DNA of 64,000 nt from Escherichia coli (GTDB lineage: Bacteria; Pseudomonadota; Gammaproteobacteria; Enterobacterales; Enterobacteriaceae): assembly GCF_013122565.1 (NCBI RefSeq), contig NZ_CP053258.1. One strand, written 5' to 3'. The translations under genes and the position numbers were made by a program. Shown piece after piece: positions 1 to 11,195 of the stretch; position 1 is the stretch's first letter; each line of letters starts with the position of its first letter. The notes under the pieces are model-generated. The model was not told where the DNA came from. It ran no database searches and saw only the letters and a list, made by a program, of their open reading frames with translations.

Positions 1-23
1 ACATAAAAAATGGCTAAACTCTT

Positions 24-39
24 GTGTAAACGATTCCAC
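24..39 (+). promoter_or_regulatory. gal operator OE (GalR/GalS binding site)
   Basis: Sequence gtgtaaacgattccac upstream of galE matches the remembered external gal operator; a partner site lies inside galE. Confidence 0.6.
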
Positions 40-40
40 T

Positions 41-117
41 AATTTATTCCATGTCACACTTTTCGCATCTTTGTTATGCTATGGTTATTTCATACCATAA
101 GCCTAATGGAGCGAATT
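41..117 (+). promoter_or_regulatory. gal P1/P2 promoter region with CRP half-site and overlapping -10 hexamers
   Basis: TCACA half-site at 54-58; tatgctatggttat at 75-88 holds two overlapping -10-like hexamers (tatgct, tatggt); GGAG Shine-Dalgarno at 108-111 before the ATG at 118. Confidence 0.55.
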
Positions 118-1134
118 ATGAGAGTTCTGGTTACCGGTGGTAGCGGTTACATTGGAAGTCATACCTGTGTGCAATTACTGCAAAACGGTCATGATGTCAT
201 CATTCTTGATAACCTCTGTAACAGTAAGCGCAGCGTACTGCCTGTTATCGAGCGTTTAGGCGGCAAACATCCAACGTTTGTTGAAGGCGATATTCGTAAC
301 GAAGCGTTGATGACCGAGATCCTGCACGATCACGCTATCGACACCGTGATCCACTTCGCCGGGCTGAAAGCCGTTGGCGAATCGGTACAAAAACCGCTGG
401 AATATTACGACAACAATGTCAACGGTACTCTGCGCCTGATTAGCGCCATGCGCGCCGCTAACGTCAAAAACTTTATTTTTAGCTCCTCCGCCACCGTCTA
501 TGGCGATCAGCCCAAAATTCCATACGTTGAAAGCTTCCCGACCGGCACACCGCAAAGCCCTTACGGCAAAAGCAAGCTGATGGTGGAACAGATCCTCACC
601 GATCTGCAAAAAGCCCAGCCGGACTGGAGCATTGCCCTGCTGCGCTACTTCAACCCGGTTGGCGCACATCCGTCGGGCGATATGGGCGAAGATCCGCAAG
701 GCATTCCGAATAACCTGATGCCATACATCGCCCAGGTTGCTGTAGGCCGTCGCGACTCGCTGGCGATTTTTGGTAACGATTATCCGACCGAAGATGGTAC
801 TGGCGTACGCGATTACATCCACGTAATGGATCTGGCGGACGGTCACGTCGTGGCGATGGAAAAACTGGCGAACAAGCCAGGCGTACACATCTACAACCTC
901 GGTGCTGGCGTAGGCAGCAGCGTGCTGGACGTGGTTAATGCCTTCAGCAAAGCCTGCGGCAAACCGGTTAACTATCATTTTGCACCGCGTCGCGAGGGCG
1001 ACCTTCCGGCCTACTGGGCGGACGCCAGCAAAGCCGACCGTGAACTGAACTGGCGCGTAACGCGCACACTCGATGAAATGGCGCAGGACACCTGGCACTG
1101 GCAGTCACGCCATCCACAGGGATATCCCGATTAA
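118..1134 (+). CDS. galE: UDP-glucose 4-epimerase
   Basis: ORF 76..1134 trimmed to the ATG at 118 with an RBS; begins MRVLVTGGSGYIGSH (Rossmann GxxGxxG) and reads as GalE over its full length. Confidence 0.95.
   Translation: MRVLVTGGSGYIGSHTCVQLLQNGHDVIILDNLCNSKRSVLPVIERLGGKHPTFVEGDIRNEALMTEILHDHAIDTVIHFAGLKAVGESVQKPLEYYDNNVNGTLRLISAMRAANVKNFIFSSSATVYGDQPKIPYVESFPTGTPQSPYGKSKLMVEQILTDLQKAQPDWSIALLRYFNPVGAHPSGDMGEDPQGIPNNLMPYIAQVAVGRRDSLAIFGNDYPTEDGTGVRDYIHVMDLADGHVVAMEKLANKPGVHIYNLGAGVGSSVLDVVNAFSKACGKPVNYHFAPRREGDLPAYWADASKADRELNWRVTRTLDEMAQDTWHWQSRHPQGYPD
137..152 (+). promoter_or_regulatory. gal operator OI (internal GalR site inside galE)
   Basis: gtggtagcggttacat inside the galE 5' end, paired with OE about 113 bp upstream; matches the remembered internal operator. 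Confidence 0.55.
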
Positions 1135-1143
1135 GGAACGACC

Positions 1144-2190
1144 ATGACGCAATTTAATCCCGTTGATCATCCACATCGCCGCTACAACCCGCTCACCGGG
1201 CAATGGATTCTGGTTTCACCGCACCGCGCTAAGCGCCCCTGGCAGGGGGCGCAGGAAACGCCAGCCAAACAGGTGTTACCTGCGCACGATCCAGATTGCT
1301 TCCTCTGCGCAGGTAATGTGCGGGTGACAGGCGATAAAAACCCCGATTACACCGGGACTTACGTTTTCACTAATGACTTTGCGGCCTTGATGTCTGACAC
1401 GCCAGATGCGCCAGAAAGCAACGATCCGCTGATGCGTTGCCAGAGCGCGCGCGGTACCAGCCGGGTGATCTGCTTTTCACCGGATCACAGTAAAACGTTG
1501 CCAGAGCTCAGTGTTGCGGCATTGACGGAAATCGTCAAAACCTGGCAGGAGCAAACCGCAGAACTGGGGAAAACGTACCCATGGGTGCAGGTCTTTGAAA
1601 ACAAAGGCGCGGCGATGGGCTGCTCTAACCCGCATCCGCACGGACAGGTTTGGGCAAATAGCTTCCTGCCTAACGAAGCTGAGCGCGAAGACCGCCTGCA
1701 AAAAGAATATTTTGCCGGGCAGAAATCACCAATGCTGGTGGATTATGTTCAGCGCGAGCTGGCAGACGGTAGCCGTACCGTTGTCGAAACCGAACACTGG
1801 TTAGCCGTCGTGCCTTACTGGGCTGCCTGGCCGTTCGAAACGCTACTGCTGCCCAAAGCCCACGTTTTACGGATCACCGATTTGACCGATGCCCAGCGCA
1901 GCGATCTGGCGCTGGCGTTGAAAAAGCTGACCAGTCGTTATGACAACCTCTTCCAGTGCTCCTTCCCCTACTCTATGGGCTGGCACGGCGCGCCATTTAA
2001 TGGCGAAGAGAATCAACACTGGCAGCTGCACGCGCACTTTTATCCGCCTCTGTTGCGCTCCGCCACCGTACGTAAATTTATGGTTGGTTATGAAATGCTG
2101 GCAGAGACCCAGCGAGACCTGACCGCAGAACAGGCAGCAGAGCGTTTGCGCGCAGTCAGCGATATCCATTTTCGCGAATCCGGAGTGTAA
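1144..2190 (+). CDS. galT: galactose-1-phosphate uridylyltransferase
   Basis: 348 aa ORF starting [33 protein letters not shown]; 9 bp after galE. Confidence 0.95.
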   Translation: MTQFNPVDHPHRRYNPLTGQWILVSPHRAKRPWQGAQETPAKQVLPAHDPDCFLCAGNVRVTGDKNPDYTGTYVFTNDFAALMSDTPDAPESNDPLMRCQSARGTSRVICFSPDHSKTLPELSVAALTEIVKTWQEQTAELGKTYPWVQVFENKGAAMGCSNPHPHGQVWANSFLPNEAEREDRLQKEYFAGQKSPMLVDYVQRELADGSRTVVETEHWLAVVPYWAAWPFETLLLPKAHVLRITDLTDAQRSDLALALKKLTSRYDNLFQCSFPYSMGWHGAPFNGEENQHWQLHAHFYPPLLRSATVRKFMVGYEMLAETQRDLTAEQAAERLRAVSDIHFRESGV

Positions 2191-2193
2191 GAA

Positions 2194-3342
2194 ATGAGTC
2201 TGAAAGAAAAAACGCAATCTCTGTTTGCCAACGCATTTGGCTACCCTGCCACTCACACCATTCAGGCGCCTGGCCGCGTGAATTTGATTGGTGAACACAC
2301 CGACTACAACGACGGTTTCGTTCTGCCCTGCGCGATTGATTATCAAACCGTGATCAGTTGTGCGCCACGCGATGACCGTAAAGTTCGCGTAATGGCAGCC
2401 GATTATGAAAATCAGCTCGACGAGTTTTCCCTCGATGCGCCCATTGTCGCGCATGAAAACTATCAATGGGCGAACTACGTTCGTGGCGTGGTGAAACATC
2501 TGCAACTGCGTAACAACAGCTTCGGCGGTGTGGACATGGTGATCAGCGGCAATGTGCCGCAGGGTGCCGGGTTAAGTTCTTCCGCTTCACTGGAAGTCGC
2601 GGTCGGAACCGTATTGCAGCAGCTTTATCATCTACCGCTGGACGGCGCACAAATCGCGCTTAACGGTCAGGAAGCAGAAAACCAGTTTGTTGGCTGTAAC
2701 TGCGGGATCATGGATCAACTGATTTCCGCGCTCGGCAAGAAAGATCATGCCTTGCTGATTGACTGCCGCTCACTGGGTACCAAAGCAGTTTCCATGCCGA
2801 AAGGTGTGGCTGTGGTCATCATCAACAGTAACTTCAAACGTACCCTGGTTGGCAGCGAATACAACACCCGTCGTGAACAGTGCGAAACCGGTGCGCGTTT
2901 CTTCCAGCAGCCAGCCCTGCGCGATGTCACCATTGAAGAGTTCAACGCTGTTGCGCATGAACTGGACCCGATCGTGGCGAAACGCGTGCGTCATATCCTG
3001 ACTGAAAACGCCCGCACCGTTGAAGCTGCCAGCGCGCTGGAGCAAGGCGATCTGAAACGTATGGGCGAGTTGATGGCGGAGTCTCATGCCTCTATGCGCG
3101 ATGATTTCGAAATCACCGTGCCGCAAATTGACACTCTGGTAGAAATCGTCAAAGCTGTGATTGGCGACAAAGGTGGCGTACGCATGACCGGCGGCGGATT
3201 TGGCGGCTGTATCGTCGCGTTGATCCCGGAAGAGCTGGTGCCTGCCGTACAGCAAGCTGTCGCTGAACAATATGAAGCAAAAACAGGTATTAAAGAGACT
3301 TTTTACGTTTGTAAACCATCACAAGGAGCAGGACAGTGCTGA
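2194..3342 (+). CDS. galK: galactokinase
   Basis: 382 aa ORF starting [21 protein letters not shown] with a GHMP-kinase glycine-rich motif; 3 bp after galT. Confidence 0.95.
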
Positions 3343-4376
3343 ACGAAACTCCCGCACTGGCACCCGATGGTCAGCCGTACCGACTGTTAACTTTGCGTAA
3401 CAACGCAGGGATGGTAGTCACGCTGATGGACTGGGGTGCGACTTTACTTTCAGCCCGTATTCCGCTTTCCGATGGCAGCGTCCGCGAGGCGCTGCTCGGC
3501 TGTGCCAGCCCGGAATGCTATCAGGATCAGGCCGCGTTTCTGGGGGCCTCTATTGGTCGTTATGCCAACCGTATCGCCAATAGCCGTTATACCTTTGACG
3601 GTGAAACCGTGACGCTTTCGCCAAGTCAGGGCGTTAACCAGCTGCACGGCGGCCCGGAAGGGTTCGACAAACGTCGCTGGCAGATTGTGAACCAGAACGA
3701 TCGTCAGGTGCTGTTTGCCCTGAGTTCAGATGATGGCGATCAGGGCTTCCCGGGTAATCTCGGCGCGACGGTGCAATATCGTCTGACCGACGATAACCGT
3801 ATCTCCATTACTTATCGCGCCACAGTTGATAAACCTTGCCCGGTGAATATGACTAATCACGTCTATTTCAATCTTGACGGCGAGCAGTCTGACGTGCGCA
3901 ATCACAAGTTGCAGATTCTGGCGGACGAATATCTTCCGGTTGATGAAGGCGGCATTCCGCACGACGGCCTGAAATCTGTCGCCGGAACGTCTTTTGATTT
4001 CCGCAGCGCCAAAATCATCGCCAGTGAGTTTCTTGCCGATGACGATCAGCGCAAAGTGAAAGGTTACGATCACGCGTTCTTGTTACAGGCCAAAGGCGAT
4101 GGCAAGAAAGTGGCGGCGCATGTCTGGTCAGCAGATGAAAAATTGCAGCTGAAGGTCTACACCACCGCTCCGGCTCTGCAATTCTACTCCGGCAACTTCC
4201 TTGGCGGCACACCGTCGCGGGGAACCGAACCTTACGCCGACTGGCAAGGGCTGGCTCTGGAAAGCGAGTTTCTGCCGGACAGCCCGAACCACCCTGAATG
4301 GCCGCAACCGGACTGCTTCCTGCGTCCTGGCGAAGAGTATTCCAGCCTGACGGAATATCAGTTTATTGCTGAGTAA
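3336..4376 (+). CDS. galM: aldose 1-epimerase (galactose mutarotase)
   Basis: 346 aa ORF overlapping the galK end by 7 nt; last gene of the gal operon. Confidence 0.93.
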
Positions 4377-4532
4377 TGTTAAGCCCTCGTCATGAGGGCT
4401 TTATCTTCACATTGTTCAAATCACCAGCAAACACCGACATATTTGCAACTCAATATTCACAACAACCTTACACTGCGACACTATTTTCGCTATGGTTATG
4501 CGTAAGCATTGCTGTTGCTTCGTCACGGCAAT

Positions 4533-4553
4533 ATAATGAGAATTATTATCATT
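4533..4553 (+). promoter_or_regulatory. Fur-box-like site in the gpmA promoter
   Basis: ataatgagaattattatcatt resembles the Fur consensus gataatgataatcattatc, about 25 bp upstream of the gpmA start; gpmA is remembered as Fur-regulated. Confidence 0.4.
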
Positions 4554-4578
4554 AAAAAATGATTTGAGGAGTAAGTAT

Positions 4579-5331
4579 ATGGCTGTAACTAAGCTGGTTC
4601 TGGTTCGTCATGGCGAAAGTCAGTGGAACAAAGAAAACCGTTTCACCGGTTGGTACGACGTGGATCTGTCTGAGAAAGGCGTAAGCGAAGCAAAAGCAGC
4701 AGGTAAGCTGCTGAAAGAGGAAGGTTACAGCTTTGACTTTGCTTACACTTCTGTGCTGAAACGCGCTATCCATACCCTGTGGAATGTGCTGGACGAACTG
4801 GATCAGGCATGGCTGCCCGTTGAGAAATCCTGGAAACTGAACGAACGTCACTACGGTGCGTTGCAGGGTCTGAACAAAGCGGAAACTGCTGAAAAGTATG
4901 GCGACGAGCAGGTGAAACAGTGGCGTCGTGGTTTTGCAGTGACTCCGCCGGAACTGACTAAAGATGATGAGCGTTATCCGGGTCACGATCCGCGTTACGC
5001 GAAACTGAGCGAGAAAGAACTGCCGCTGACGGAAAGCCTGGCGCTGACCATTGACCGCGTGATCCCTTACTGGAATGAAACCATTCTGCCGCGTATGAAG
5101 AGCGGTGAGCGCGTGATCATCGCTGCACACGGTAACTCTTTACGTGCGCTGGTGAAATATCTTGATAACATGAGTGAAGAAGAGATTCTTGAGCTGAATA
5201 TCCCGACAGGCGTGCCGCTGGTGTATGAGTTCGACGAGAATTTCAAACCGCTGAAACGTTATTATCTGGGTAATGCTGACGAGATCGCAGCGAAAGCAGC
5301 GGCGGTTGCTAACCAGGGTAAAGCGAAGTAA
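4579..5331 (+). CDS. gpmA: 2,3-bisphosphoglycerate-dependent phosphoglycerate mutase
   Basis: ORF 4564..5331 (TTG) trimmed to the ATG at 4579 after GAGGA; begins [17 protein letters not shown] (RHGE histidine-phosphatase motif). Confidence 0.93.
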
Positions 5332-5355
5332 ACGTCATTCGTTTAAAAATAAGAA

Positions 5356-5387
5356 AGCCGACTGCAACAAGTGAGTCGGCTTTTTTG
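5356..5387. terminator. bidirectional rho-independent terminator between convergent gpmA and aroG
   Basis: Stem agccgact / agtcggct around a 10-nt loop, followed by tttttt on the + strand and an A-rich run before it. Confidence 0.7.
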
Positions 5388-5408
5388 TTGCTAACAATGG
5401 AGCACATT

Positions 5409-5486
5409 GCCTGATGCGACGCTGGCGCGTCTTATCAGGCCTATGGTGATTCATCGGATACGCCACTCTGGCGGTGCATCCGACAA
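5409..5486. repeat. REP/BIME-like palindromic element
   Basis: gcctgatgcgacgctggcgcgtcttatcaggcc is the typical REP palindrome (gcctgatg...atcaggc), followed by a second GC-rich palindromic unit. Confidence 0.6.
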
Positions 5487-5493
5487 TTAAACC

Positions 5494-6546
5494 TTACCCG
5501 CGACGCGCTTTTACTGCATTCGCCAGTTGACGTAACAGAGCATCGGTATCATCCCAGCCAATGCAGGCATCGGTGATGCTCTTACCGTAGGCCAGCGGCT
5601 CCCCGCTCTCGAGGCTCTGATTGCCTTCCACCAGATGGCTTTCCACCATCACGCCAATAATGGCCTTTTCGCCACCGGCAATCTGCTGGCAAACGTCAGC
5701 ACAAACATCCATCTGCTTTTTGAATTGTTTTGACGAGTTAGCATGGCTGAAATCGATCATCACCTGTGCTGGCAGTCCTGCTTTGTTCAGCCCTTCTTTC
5801 ACTTCAGCAACGTGCTTCGCGCTGTAGTTAGGCTCTTTACCGCCGCGCAGAATGATATGGCAATCGCCGTTACCACTGGTATTCACAATCGCCGAATGCC
5901 CCCATTTCGTTACGGACAGGAAGCAGTGCGGCGCACCGGCGGCATTAATGGCATCGATAGCCACTTTAATCGTACCGTCGGTGCCATTTTTGAAGCCGAC
6001 CGGACAAGAAAGCCCTGATGCCAGTTCGCGGTGCACCTGCGATTCGGTGGTACGTGCGCCAATTGCGCCCCAGCTCATCAGGTCAGCGAGATATTGTGGG
6101 GTGATCATATCGAGAAACTCACCCGCCGCTGGCAGACCGCTGTCGTTAATATCAAGCAGCAATTTACGGGCAATACGCAGACCGTCGTTGATCTGGAAGC
6201 TGTTATCCATATGCGGATCGTTAATCAGCCCTTTCCAGCCCACCGTGGTACGCGGCTTTTCAAAATAGACGCGCATTACGATTTCCAGCTCATCTTTCAG
6301 CTCTTCACGCAGCGCCAGCAAGCGAGTGGCATACTCTTTTGCCGCGACAGGATCATGAATTGAGCATGGGCCAATCACAACCAACAGGCGATCATCATTA
6401 CCTTTCAGGATCTTATGGATCGCTTTTCGGGCATAGGCAACCGTATTCGCGGCATTTTCAGTAGCGGGGAATTTTTCCAGCAATGCGACAGGAGGAAGTA
6501 ACTCTTTGATTTCTTTGATGCGTAAATCGTCGTTCTGATAATTCAT
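5494..6546 (-). CDS. aroG: 3-deoxy-7-phosphoheptulonate (DAHP) synthase, Phe-sensitive
   Basis: 350 aa minus-strand ORF starting MNYQNDDLRIKEIKELLPP, typical AroG/AroF/AroH N-terminus. Confidence 0.93.
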   Translation of the reverse strand: MNYQNDDLRIKEIKELLPPVALLEKFPATENAANTVAYARKAIHKILKGNDDRLLVVIGPCSIHDPVAAKEYATRLLALREELKDELEIVMRVYFEKPRTTVGWKGLINDPHMDNSFQINDGLRIARKLLLDINDSGLPAAGEFLDMITPQYLADLMSWGAIGARTTESQVHRELASGLSCPVGFKNGTDGTIKVAIDAINAAGAPHCFLSVTKWGHSAIVNTSGNGDCHIILRGGKEPNYSAKHVAEVKEGLNKAGLPAQVMIDFSHANSSKQFKKQMDVCADVCQQIAGGEKAIIGVMVESHLVEGNQSLESGEPLAYGKSITDACIGWDDTDALLRQLANAVKARRG

Positions 6547-6616
6547 GTCTGTTCCAGTGTTGCCATACTTATCTTAGTGAATGCAATACTTCCAATCTAT
6601 ATCTTCCGTCAGAATG

Positions 6617-6634
6617 TGTAAACGGGGTTTTACA
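6617..6634 (-). promoter_or_regulatory. TyrR box in the aroG promoter
   Basis: Perfect dyad tgtaaa-cggggt-tttaca (TGTAAA-N6-TTTACA consensus) about 70 bp upstream of the aroG start. Confidence 0.7.
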
Positions 6635-6861
6635 CTATGAACGGATTAATCCTGGAATTAGCAAGAAAAACGCCAGATTGTCGCGAAAAACGAGATCTCT
6701 CCTACAATTTCTAACTGTAACTCCTTTGTTTGTTAATTATTTCAAGATTCTCTGCTGCGTTTCATAACCTGGCTGAAATCTTAAACCAATGCCTTATATT
6801 CACCTGCAAATGCACTGTTGGAAGAGGTTATCCGACATAACGACCATAACAGGAGCATCCT

Positions 6862-7242
6862 ATGAAAATGACAAAACTGGCCACACTATTTCTGACTGCC
6901 ACTCTAAGCCTTGCCAGCGGTGCCGCACTGGCTGCCGATAGCGGAGCGCAAACTAATAACGGCCAGGCAAACGCCGCAGCTGATGCGGGCCAGGTAGCCC
7001 CTGACGCCCGTGAAAATGTCGCGCCAAATAACGTCGACAATAACGGGGTAAATACCGGTTCTGGCGGCACAATGCTGCATTCGGATGGTTCTTCAATGAA
7101 CAATGACGGCATGACCAAAGATGAAGAGCACAAGAACACCATGTGTAAAGATGGTCGCTGTCCGGATATCAATAAAAAGGTACAAACCGGTGATGGCATC
7201 AATAATGATGTCGATACCAAAACCGACGGTACCACGCAGTAA
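6862..7242 (+). CDS. ybgS: secreted low-complexity protein YbgS
   Basis: 126 aa ORF with an N-terminal signal peptide ([24 protein letters not shown]) and an Asn/Gly/Asp-rich mature part. Confidence 0.8.
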
Positions 7243-7263
7243 CCCTGCAAAATAGCCAATAAT

Positions 7264-7294
7264 GGGAGAGCGGAGTCTCTCCCTTTTAATTTTT
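7264..7294 (+). terminator. rho-independent terminator after ybgS
   Basis: Stem gggagag / ctctccc with a short loop, followed by ttttaattttt. Confidence 0.65.
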
Positions 7295-7355
7295 CCCTTC
7301 TAAAAGCAGTATGATGTCATAAAGTTAAGTGAGAATAACTAAGGGATGACTCGTC

Positions 7356-8297
7356 ATGGCGCACTCACACTCACACACTTCCCCACACCTGCCAGAAGAT
7401 AATAATGCTCGTCGCTTGTTGTATGCTTTCGGCGTGACTGCCGGGTTTATGCTGGTAGAAGTCGTTGGTGGTTTTCTTTCTGGTTCTCTGGCATTGCTGG
7501 CCGATGCGGGTCATATGTTGACCGATACTGCTGCCCTGCTTTTTGCCCTACTCGCCGTGCAATTTTCACGTCGTCCTCCCACCATTCGCCACACTTTCGG
7601 TTGGCTAAGATTGACCACGCTCGCGGCGTTTGTGAATGCCATAGCCCTGGTGGTGATTACTATTTTGATTGTCTGGGAGGCGATAGAACGCTTCCGCACA
7701 CCGCGTCCGGTCGAGGGCGGCATGATGATGGCAATTGCCGTGGCTGGGTTGCTGGCAAATATACTTTCTTTCTGGTTACTTCATCACGGCAGCGAAGAGA
7801 AAAACCTCAACGTACGAGCAGCGGCACTGCATGTGCTCGGGGACCTGCTGGGTTCGGTTGGGGCTATTATTGCCGCGTTGATTATTATCTGGACCGGCTG
7901 GACACCTGCTGACCCTATTCTCTCGATACTGGTGTCGCTTCTGGTTCTGCGTAGCGCGTGGCGACTGTTGAAAGATAGCGTGAATGAATTACTTGAAGGT
8001 GCACCGGTATCGCTGGATATCGCTGAACTGAAGCGTCGTATGTGCCGGGAAATCCCGGAAGTCCGCAATGTGCACCATGTACATGTATGGATGGTAGGCG
8101 AGAAGCCGGTGATGACGCTGCATGTGCAGGTGATCCCGCCACACGATCACGATGCCTTGTTGGATCAGATCCAACACTACCTGATGGATCACTATCAGAT
8201 TGAGCACGCCACCATTCAGATGGAATATCAACCTTGTCATGGGCCAGACTGCCACCTGAATGAAGGGGTGTCTGGCCATTCACATCATCACCATTAA
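7356..8297 (+). CDS. zitB: cation diffusion facilitator zinc exporter
   Basis: 313 aa ORF with His-rich N- and C-termini ([11 protein letters not shown] ... GHSHHHH) and CDF transmembrane core. Confidence 0.9.
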   Translation: MAHSHSHTSPHLPEDNNARRLLYAFGVTAGFMLVEVVGGFLSGSLALLADAGHMLTDTAALLFALLAVQFSRRPPTIRHTFGWLRLTTLAAFVNAIALVVITILIVWEAIERFRTPRPVEGGMMMAIAVAGLLANILSFWLLHHGSEEKNLNVRAAALHVLGDLLGSVGAIIAALIIIWTGWTPADPILSILVSLLVLRSAWRLLKDSVNELLEGAPVSLDIAELKRRMCREIPEVRNVHHVHVWMVGEKPVMTLHVQVIPPHDHDALLDQIQHYLMDHYQIEHATIQMEYQPCHGPDCHLNEGVSGHSHHHH

Positions 8298-9013
8298 TGG
8301 GACAGCGCGCGTGAGCCTCTTTCGCGTGCGCTGTTGATCCACATCCGACTGCCGTTGAGCGCAATAAAGGTCAGGATGATGTACTCCAGAGACATGGCGT
8401 AAACGCCCTGAAGTGCAAAAATAACGACGCTAATCACGTTAATAATCACCCACAACAGCCAGTTTTCCACATACTTACGCGTCATCAGAATCATTGCCAC
8501 GATAGATAACACCATCATGCATGAATCCCAGAACGGAAAAGCGTCCGGTTGCAGTTCAGGCATCACAACCTGTAATCCTAATGCTTGCATGATCATGACT
8601 GCCACGCGGGTCAAAAATGCAAACACCGGATTGATAAATACCGTCATCAGACCAATCGAAACAACGCAAACCGCCAACCAGCTGAGCGCCTTCGGCAATG
8701 GCAACCAGCGAATTTTCAACTCCGCCTCGTTCTGACTGGTTTGTCGCGACCACGCATACCAACCGTAAATATTCGCGGCAAAGAAAAACACCTGTAATAG
8801 CAGGCTGGCATACAGCTGAATCTGAAAGAAAATAATGCCAAACAAAGTGACGTTGATCAGGCCAAAGAAGTAGTTGCTGATCTTCTCCAGACTGGCAAGG
8901 CCAATACACAGCAACCCGGCGATCGTGCCTACCGCTTCGATCCATGAGAGATCATAACCGCCTGCCCCTATTGGTATATGTACCAGGATATTCTGCACAC
9001 TAAAAAAATCCAT
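8294..9013 (-). CDS. pnuC: nicotinamide riboside transporter
   Basis: 239 aa polytopic membrane ORF directly downstream of nadA; its stop overlaps the zitB stop (shared TTAA). Confidence 0.9.
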   Translation of the reverse strand: MDFFSVQNILVHIPIGAGGYDLSWIEAVGTIAGLLCIGLASLEKISNYFFGLINVTLFGIIFFQIQLYASLLLQVFFFAANIYGWYAWSRQTSQNEAELKIRWLPLPKALSWLAVCVVSIGLMTVFINPVFAFLTRVAVMIMQALGLQVVMPELQPDAFPFWDSCMMVLSIVAMILMTRKYVENWLLWVIINVISVVIFALQGVYAMSLEYIILTFIALNGSRMWINSARERGSRALSH

Positions 9014-9050
9014 CTTTCCCCCAAAGCGTAACGTTACGCCTTATTATTCG

Positions 9051-10094
9051 TTATCCACGTAGTGTAGCCGCAAAATCCAGCATACGATTGAGCGGCACCA
9101 GCGCCCTCTCTCGCAGCCTCTCATCAACATGAACCTCGTGATTACTTCCTTCCTGTTCTAATGCCTCTGCGATAGCCTGAAGGCCATTCATGGCCATCCA
9201 CGGACAATGCGCGCAGCTGCGGCAGGTTGCACCCTCACCTGCGGTTGGTGCTTCCAGTAACTCTTTATCTGGCACCGCCTGCTGCATTTTGTAGAAAATA
9301 CCCCGATCGGTTGCCACAATAAGCCGCTGATGAGGCAATGCTTTTGCAGCAGCGATCAGTTGACTGGTGGAACCGACCGCATCCGCCATATCGACAATAG
9401 CTTGTGGTGATTCTGGATGCACCAGTATGGCAGCATCCGGGTATTCTTCTTGCAAGCGGGTTAACGCCTGAGTCTTAAATTCATCATGCACAATGCAGGC
9501 ACCCTGCCAGCATAAAATATCTGCGCCCGTCTGTTTTTGCACGTAACGCCCCAGATGTTTGTCGGGTGCCCAGATGATTTTTTCACCCAAACTATCCAGA
9601 TGATCAATAAGTTCGACGGCAATGCTTGAAGTTACCACCCAATCTGCCCGCGCTTTTACCGCAGCAGAAGTGTTGGCGTAGACGACGACAGTACGATCGG
9701 GATGGGCATCGCAAAATGCGTTAAATTCTTCAACAGGGCAGCCGAGATCCAGTGAACACTCAGCCTGAAGTGTCGGCATCAGAATTGTTTTTTCCGGACT
9801 GAGAATTTTGGCGGTTTCTCCCATAAATCTCACCCCAGCGACTAACAACGTAGAAGCGGGATGCTTTGCACCGAAGCGCGCCATTTCCAGAGAATCAGAA
9901 ATACAGCCACCGGTTTCTTCTGCCAGTTGTTGAATTTCGGGATCGGTATAGTAATGGGCAACCATCACCGCATTACGTTCTTTTAGCAGACGTTTTATCT
10001 TCTCGCGGTAATACGCTTTTTCATCAATGCTTAACGGCGTCGGCTTCGGGGGGAAAGGATAAATCGCCGTGTCTGGATCAAACATCACGCTCAT
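9051..10094 (-). CDS. nadA: quinolinate synthase A
   Basis: 347 aa ORF starting [22 protein letters not shown] with conserved Cys residues for the Fe-S cluster. Confidence 0.93.
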   Translation of the reverse strand: MSVMFDPDTAIYPFPPKPTPLSIDEKAYYREKIKRLLKERNAVMVAHYYTDPEIQQLAEETGGCISDSLEMARFGAKHPASTLLVAGVRFMGETAKILSPEKTILMPTLQAECSLDLGCPVEEFNAFCDAHPDRTVVVYANTSAAVKARADWVVTSSIAVELIDHLDSLGEKIIWAPDKHLGRYVQKQTGADILCWQGACIVHDEFKTQALTRLQEEYPDAAILVHPESPQAIVDMADAVGSTSQLIAAAKALPHQRLIVATDRGIFYKMQQAVPDKELLEAPTAGEGATCRSCAHCPWMAMNGLQAIAEALEQEGSNHEVHVDERLRERALVPLNRMLDFAATLRG

Positions 10095-10166
10095 CTTACC
10101 ATCTCGTTTTACAGGCTTAACGTTAAAACCGACATAAGCGTGATATTCGCTGTTATCGGTGTAATT

Positions 10167-10184
10167 TGTTTTATATGCTAAACA
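10167..10184 (-). promoter_or_regulatory. NadR-operator-like dyad in the nadA promoter
   Basis: tgttttatatgctaaaca is a TGTTT ... AAACA inverted repeat about 75 bp upstream of the nadA start. Confidence 0.45.
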
Positions 10185-10340
10185 AGATAGTCGAATGGTG
10201 GGGAAAAGTCACTCGAATTACGCCTAATGTGCAGGATGCGTCATTTTACGCCTAATTCTACCGACATAGAGTTGCTTGCACAGTAAGCTCTGACTATGTC
10301 ATCAGGTTTACAAAGTTAAATTGAGGGATGCCTGAATAGC

Positions 10341-10367
10341 AAAAAAGCGCCTTTAGGGCGCTTTTTT
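10341..10367 (-). terminator. rho-independent terminator at the 3' end of the lysT tRNA operon
   Basis: aaaaaagcgcc-tttag-ggcgctttttt: GC stem flanked by A- and T-runs, just 3' of the last tRNA on the minus strand. Confidence 0.75.
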
Positions 10368-10371
10368 ACAT

Positions 10372-10447
10372 TGGTGGGTCGTGCAGGATTCGAACCTGCG
10401 ACCAATTGATTAAAAGTCAACTGCTCTACCAACTGAGCTAACGACCC
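10372..10447 (-). tRNA. lysQ: tRNA-Lys (UUU)
   Basis: 76-nt exact copy of the tRNA-Lys sequence on the minus strand, CCA encoded, anticodon loop CUUUUAA. Confidence 0.9.
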
Positions 10448-10480
10448 CTTGCGGGATTATGCTGCTTTAATCATTCAGGA

Positions 10481-10556
10481 TGGTGGGTCGTGCAGGATTC
10501 GAACCTGCGACCAATTGATTAAAAGTCAACTGCTCTACCAACTGAGCTAACGACCC
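10481..10556 (-). tRNA. lysZ: tRNA-Lys (UUU)
   Basis: Identical 76-nt tRNA-Lys copy. Confidence 0.9.
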
Positions 10557-10604
10557 ATACGGGTGTTACCTGAAAGATTTCTACTCGGAACCAATCTTTA
10601 AAAT

Positions 10605-10702
10605 TGGTGGGTCGTGCAGGATGACTCGCTTCGCTCGCCCTACGGGCCGTTGCTGGCGCAACGTTATCCTTCACGCTTAACATCTGAGTTTGATGTTAAA
10701 AC
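10605..10702 (-). repeat. spacer repeat carrying a truncated tRNA-Lys 3' end (copy A)
   Basis: Starts with the 3'-terminal ~17 nt of tRNA-Lys (rc tggtgggtcgtgcagga) then diverges into a GC-rich ~80 bp unit; near-identical to the copy at 10909-11006. Confidence 0.6.
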
Positions 10703-10778
10703 TGGTGGGTCGTGCAGGATTCGAACCTGCGACCAATTGATTAAAAGTCAACTGCTCTACCAACTGAGCTAACGACCC
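10703..10778 (-). tRNA. lysY: tRNA-Lys (UUU)
   Basis: Identical 76-nt tRNA-Lys copy. Confidence 0.9.
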
Positions 10779-10781
10779 GAG

Positions 10782-10857
10782 TGGTGGGTGATGACGGGAT
10801 CGAACCGCCGACCCCCTCCTTGTAAGGGAGGTGCTCTCCCAGCTGAGCTAATCACCC
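10782..10857 (-). tRNA. valZ: tRNA-Val (UAC)
   Basis: 76-nt tRNA on the minus strand (rc gggtgattagctcagctgggagagcacctcccttacaagg...), anticodon UAC, CCA encoded. Confidence 0.9.
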
Positions 10858-10908
10858 GATACTGCGCTGGATACTACAAACTACTTCCACCGAACCCACC
10901 GTAATTAG

Positions 10909-11006
10909 TGGTGGGTCGTGCAGGATGACTCGCTTCGCTCGCCCTACGGGCCGTTGCTGACGCAACGTTATCCTACACGCTTAACATCTGTCTTCGATGT
11001 TAAAAT
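10909..11006 (-). repeat. spacer repeat carrying a truncated tRNA-Lys 3' end (copy B)
   Basis: Same structure as copy A with 3-4 substitutions. Confidence 0.6.
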
Positions 11007-11082
11007 TGGTGGGTCGTGCAGGATTCGAACCTGCGACCAATTGATTAAAAGTCAACTGCTCTACCAACTGAGCTAACGACCC
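11007..11082 (-). tRNA. lysW: tRNA-Lys (UUU)
   Basis: Identical 76-nt tRNA-Lys copy. Confidence 0.9.
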
Positions 11083-11084
11083 GG

Positions 11085-11160
11085 TGGTGGGTGATGACGG
11101 GATCGAACCGCCGACCCCCTCCTTGTAAGGGAGGTGCTCTCCCAGCTGAGCTAATCACCC
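11085..11160 (-). tRNA. valT: tRNA-Val (UAC)
   Basis: Identical 76-nt tRNA-Val copy. Confidence 0.9.
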
Positions 11161-11195
11161 GATACTACGCTGGATACTACAACTAACTATGTTAG

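Noticed and set aside
256-1098. 280-aa ORF antisense to galE and 212-aa ORF (1867..2505) antisense to galT/galK
   Set aside because: Shadow ORFs opposite well-supported genes.
8294-8297. Overlapping stop codons of convergent gene pairs (zitB/pnuC here, and abrB/nei at 54682..54685)
   Set aside because: Real, but a common consequence of compact convergent genes rather than a feature needing separate explanation.
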